Source: a virus | Strand: one strand, 5' to 3' | Length of the DNA stretch: 25,481 bases | Virus record (IMG/VR): IMGVR_UViG_3300005098_000446 | Shown: positions 24,808 through 25,481 of the stretch, one piece after another | How the letters are laid out: each line of letters starts with the position of its first letter | How positions within the stretch are numbered: the stretch's first letter is position 1 | Translations under genes and position numbers: made by a program | Notes under the pieces: generated by a model | Told to the model about the DNA's origin: nothing | Databases searched by the model: none | What the model saw: only the letters and a program-made list of their open reading frames with translations

Positions 24808-25481
24808 TCGGCGACTCCCAATTCTGTAAGATACGCCTCATACAGCGCATCTTTGAGGTTATGTTCCTCTAACCAATTCTTCGCTGTCTCGTATCCTTCA
24901 TCGCCGATCTCATTCTCATCAAACATTTTAATGTAGTACATACACTCGAGCTGTTTCTTCGGACTGTCTGGAGCGTACTTGGCGGCAACCTGCTCGGCAA
25001 TCGCCTGGCAACGGCTGCAACTGAATGTTATAGCTCGTTTTCCGAAGTTGAGATATGCTTCCCTGGATTCTTCATGCTCAAGCATCTCTCGATAACGTGC
25101 CGCATAATCGACGTTGTGAGGTATAGATGATGCTGCATTCGGGAGCATCTCGTTGAATTGCTCATCTGTGAAATCGGGGTTCGTGAGCCACATCTCGACG
25201 ATCCGTGAGACGTTATCTCTACAGGGGGCAGACCATTTCTGCTTCCCGGTTCTCGATGAGCACACATCATCCGCAAAAGATTTGGCTATGCCGGAGTCAT
25301 ACGGTGGCTTGGGATAAACGGTTTTGCTCTCACCTTCTTCCTCCTCCTGCTCTCCTTCAATCACATCGAGCACAAGATCGCGTATTGGATCGCTGAGCTC
25401 AACGTCTACCCCCAGCGATTTGAGTGTGTTCTCAGCGGGCTCTTTTAGTATTCCAAGCGGATCAATGATCGGAATTTTCAC
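24804..25481 (-). CDS. Hypothetical protein with Cys pairs (start at the window edge)
   Basis: 225-aa ORF. Confidence 0.65.
   Translation of the reverse strand: MKIPIIDPLGILKEPAENTLKSLGVDVELSDPIRDLVLDVIEGEQEEEEGESKTVYPKPPYDSGIAKSFADDVCSSRTGKQKWSAPCRDNVSRIVEMWLTNPDFTDEQFNEMLPNAASSIPHNVDYAARYREMLEHEESREAYLNFGKRAITFSCSRCQAIAEQVAAKYAPDSPKKQLECMYYIKMFDENEIGDEGYETAKNWLEEHNLKDALYEAYLTELGVAE

Overview
Most likely a segment of an archaeal virus, provirus or large mobile element from a Methanosarcinia/ANME-type host. This assignment is inference from BRE-TATA promoters such as CGAAAGGTTTATATA, GGTGA/GGAGG ribosome-binding sites, dockerin domains, a type I-B-like CRISPR repeat, and many short overlapping hypothetical ORFs and RHH/HTH regulators. 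No hallmark capsid, terminase, integrase or polymerase gene is recognisable. Left to right the window holds: (1) a TnpB/Cas12f-like nuclease with no IS ends, coupled to an operon of small genes; (2) a ~400-nt strongly base-paired intergenic region; (3) two DNA methyltransferases, an ASCH-like gene and a dCMP deaminase; (4) a STAS-like gene and an orphan 2-repeat CRISPR mini-array with its own promoter; (5) an exopolysaccharide-type cassette (nucleotide-sugar dehydrogenase, processive GT2, AlgG-like beta-helix) followed by dockerin/LamG/beta-helix proteins; (6) a standalone NrdD C-terminal glycyl-radical domain; (7) a tnpB-only IS200/IS605 element with both ends definable, plus a relic left end; and (8) a minus-strand cluster containing three unannotated 47-48 aa paralogues with strong expression signals. 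Product calls rest on motif recognition by eye; no database searches or folding programs were run.
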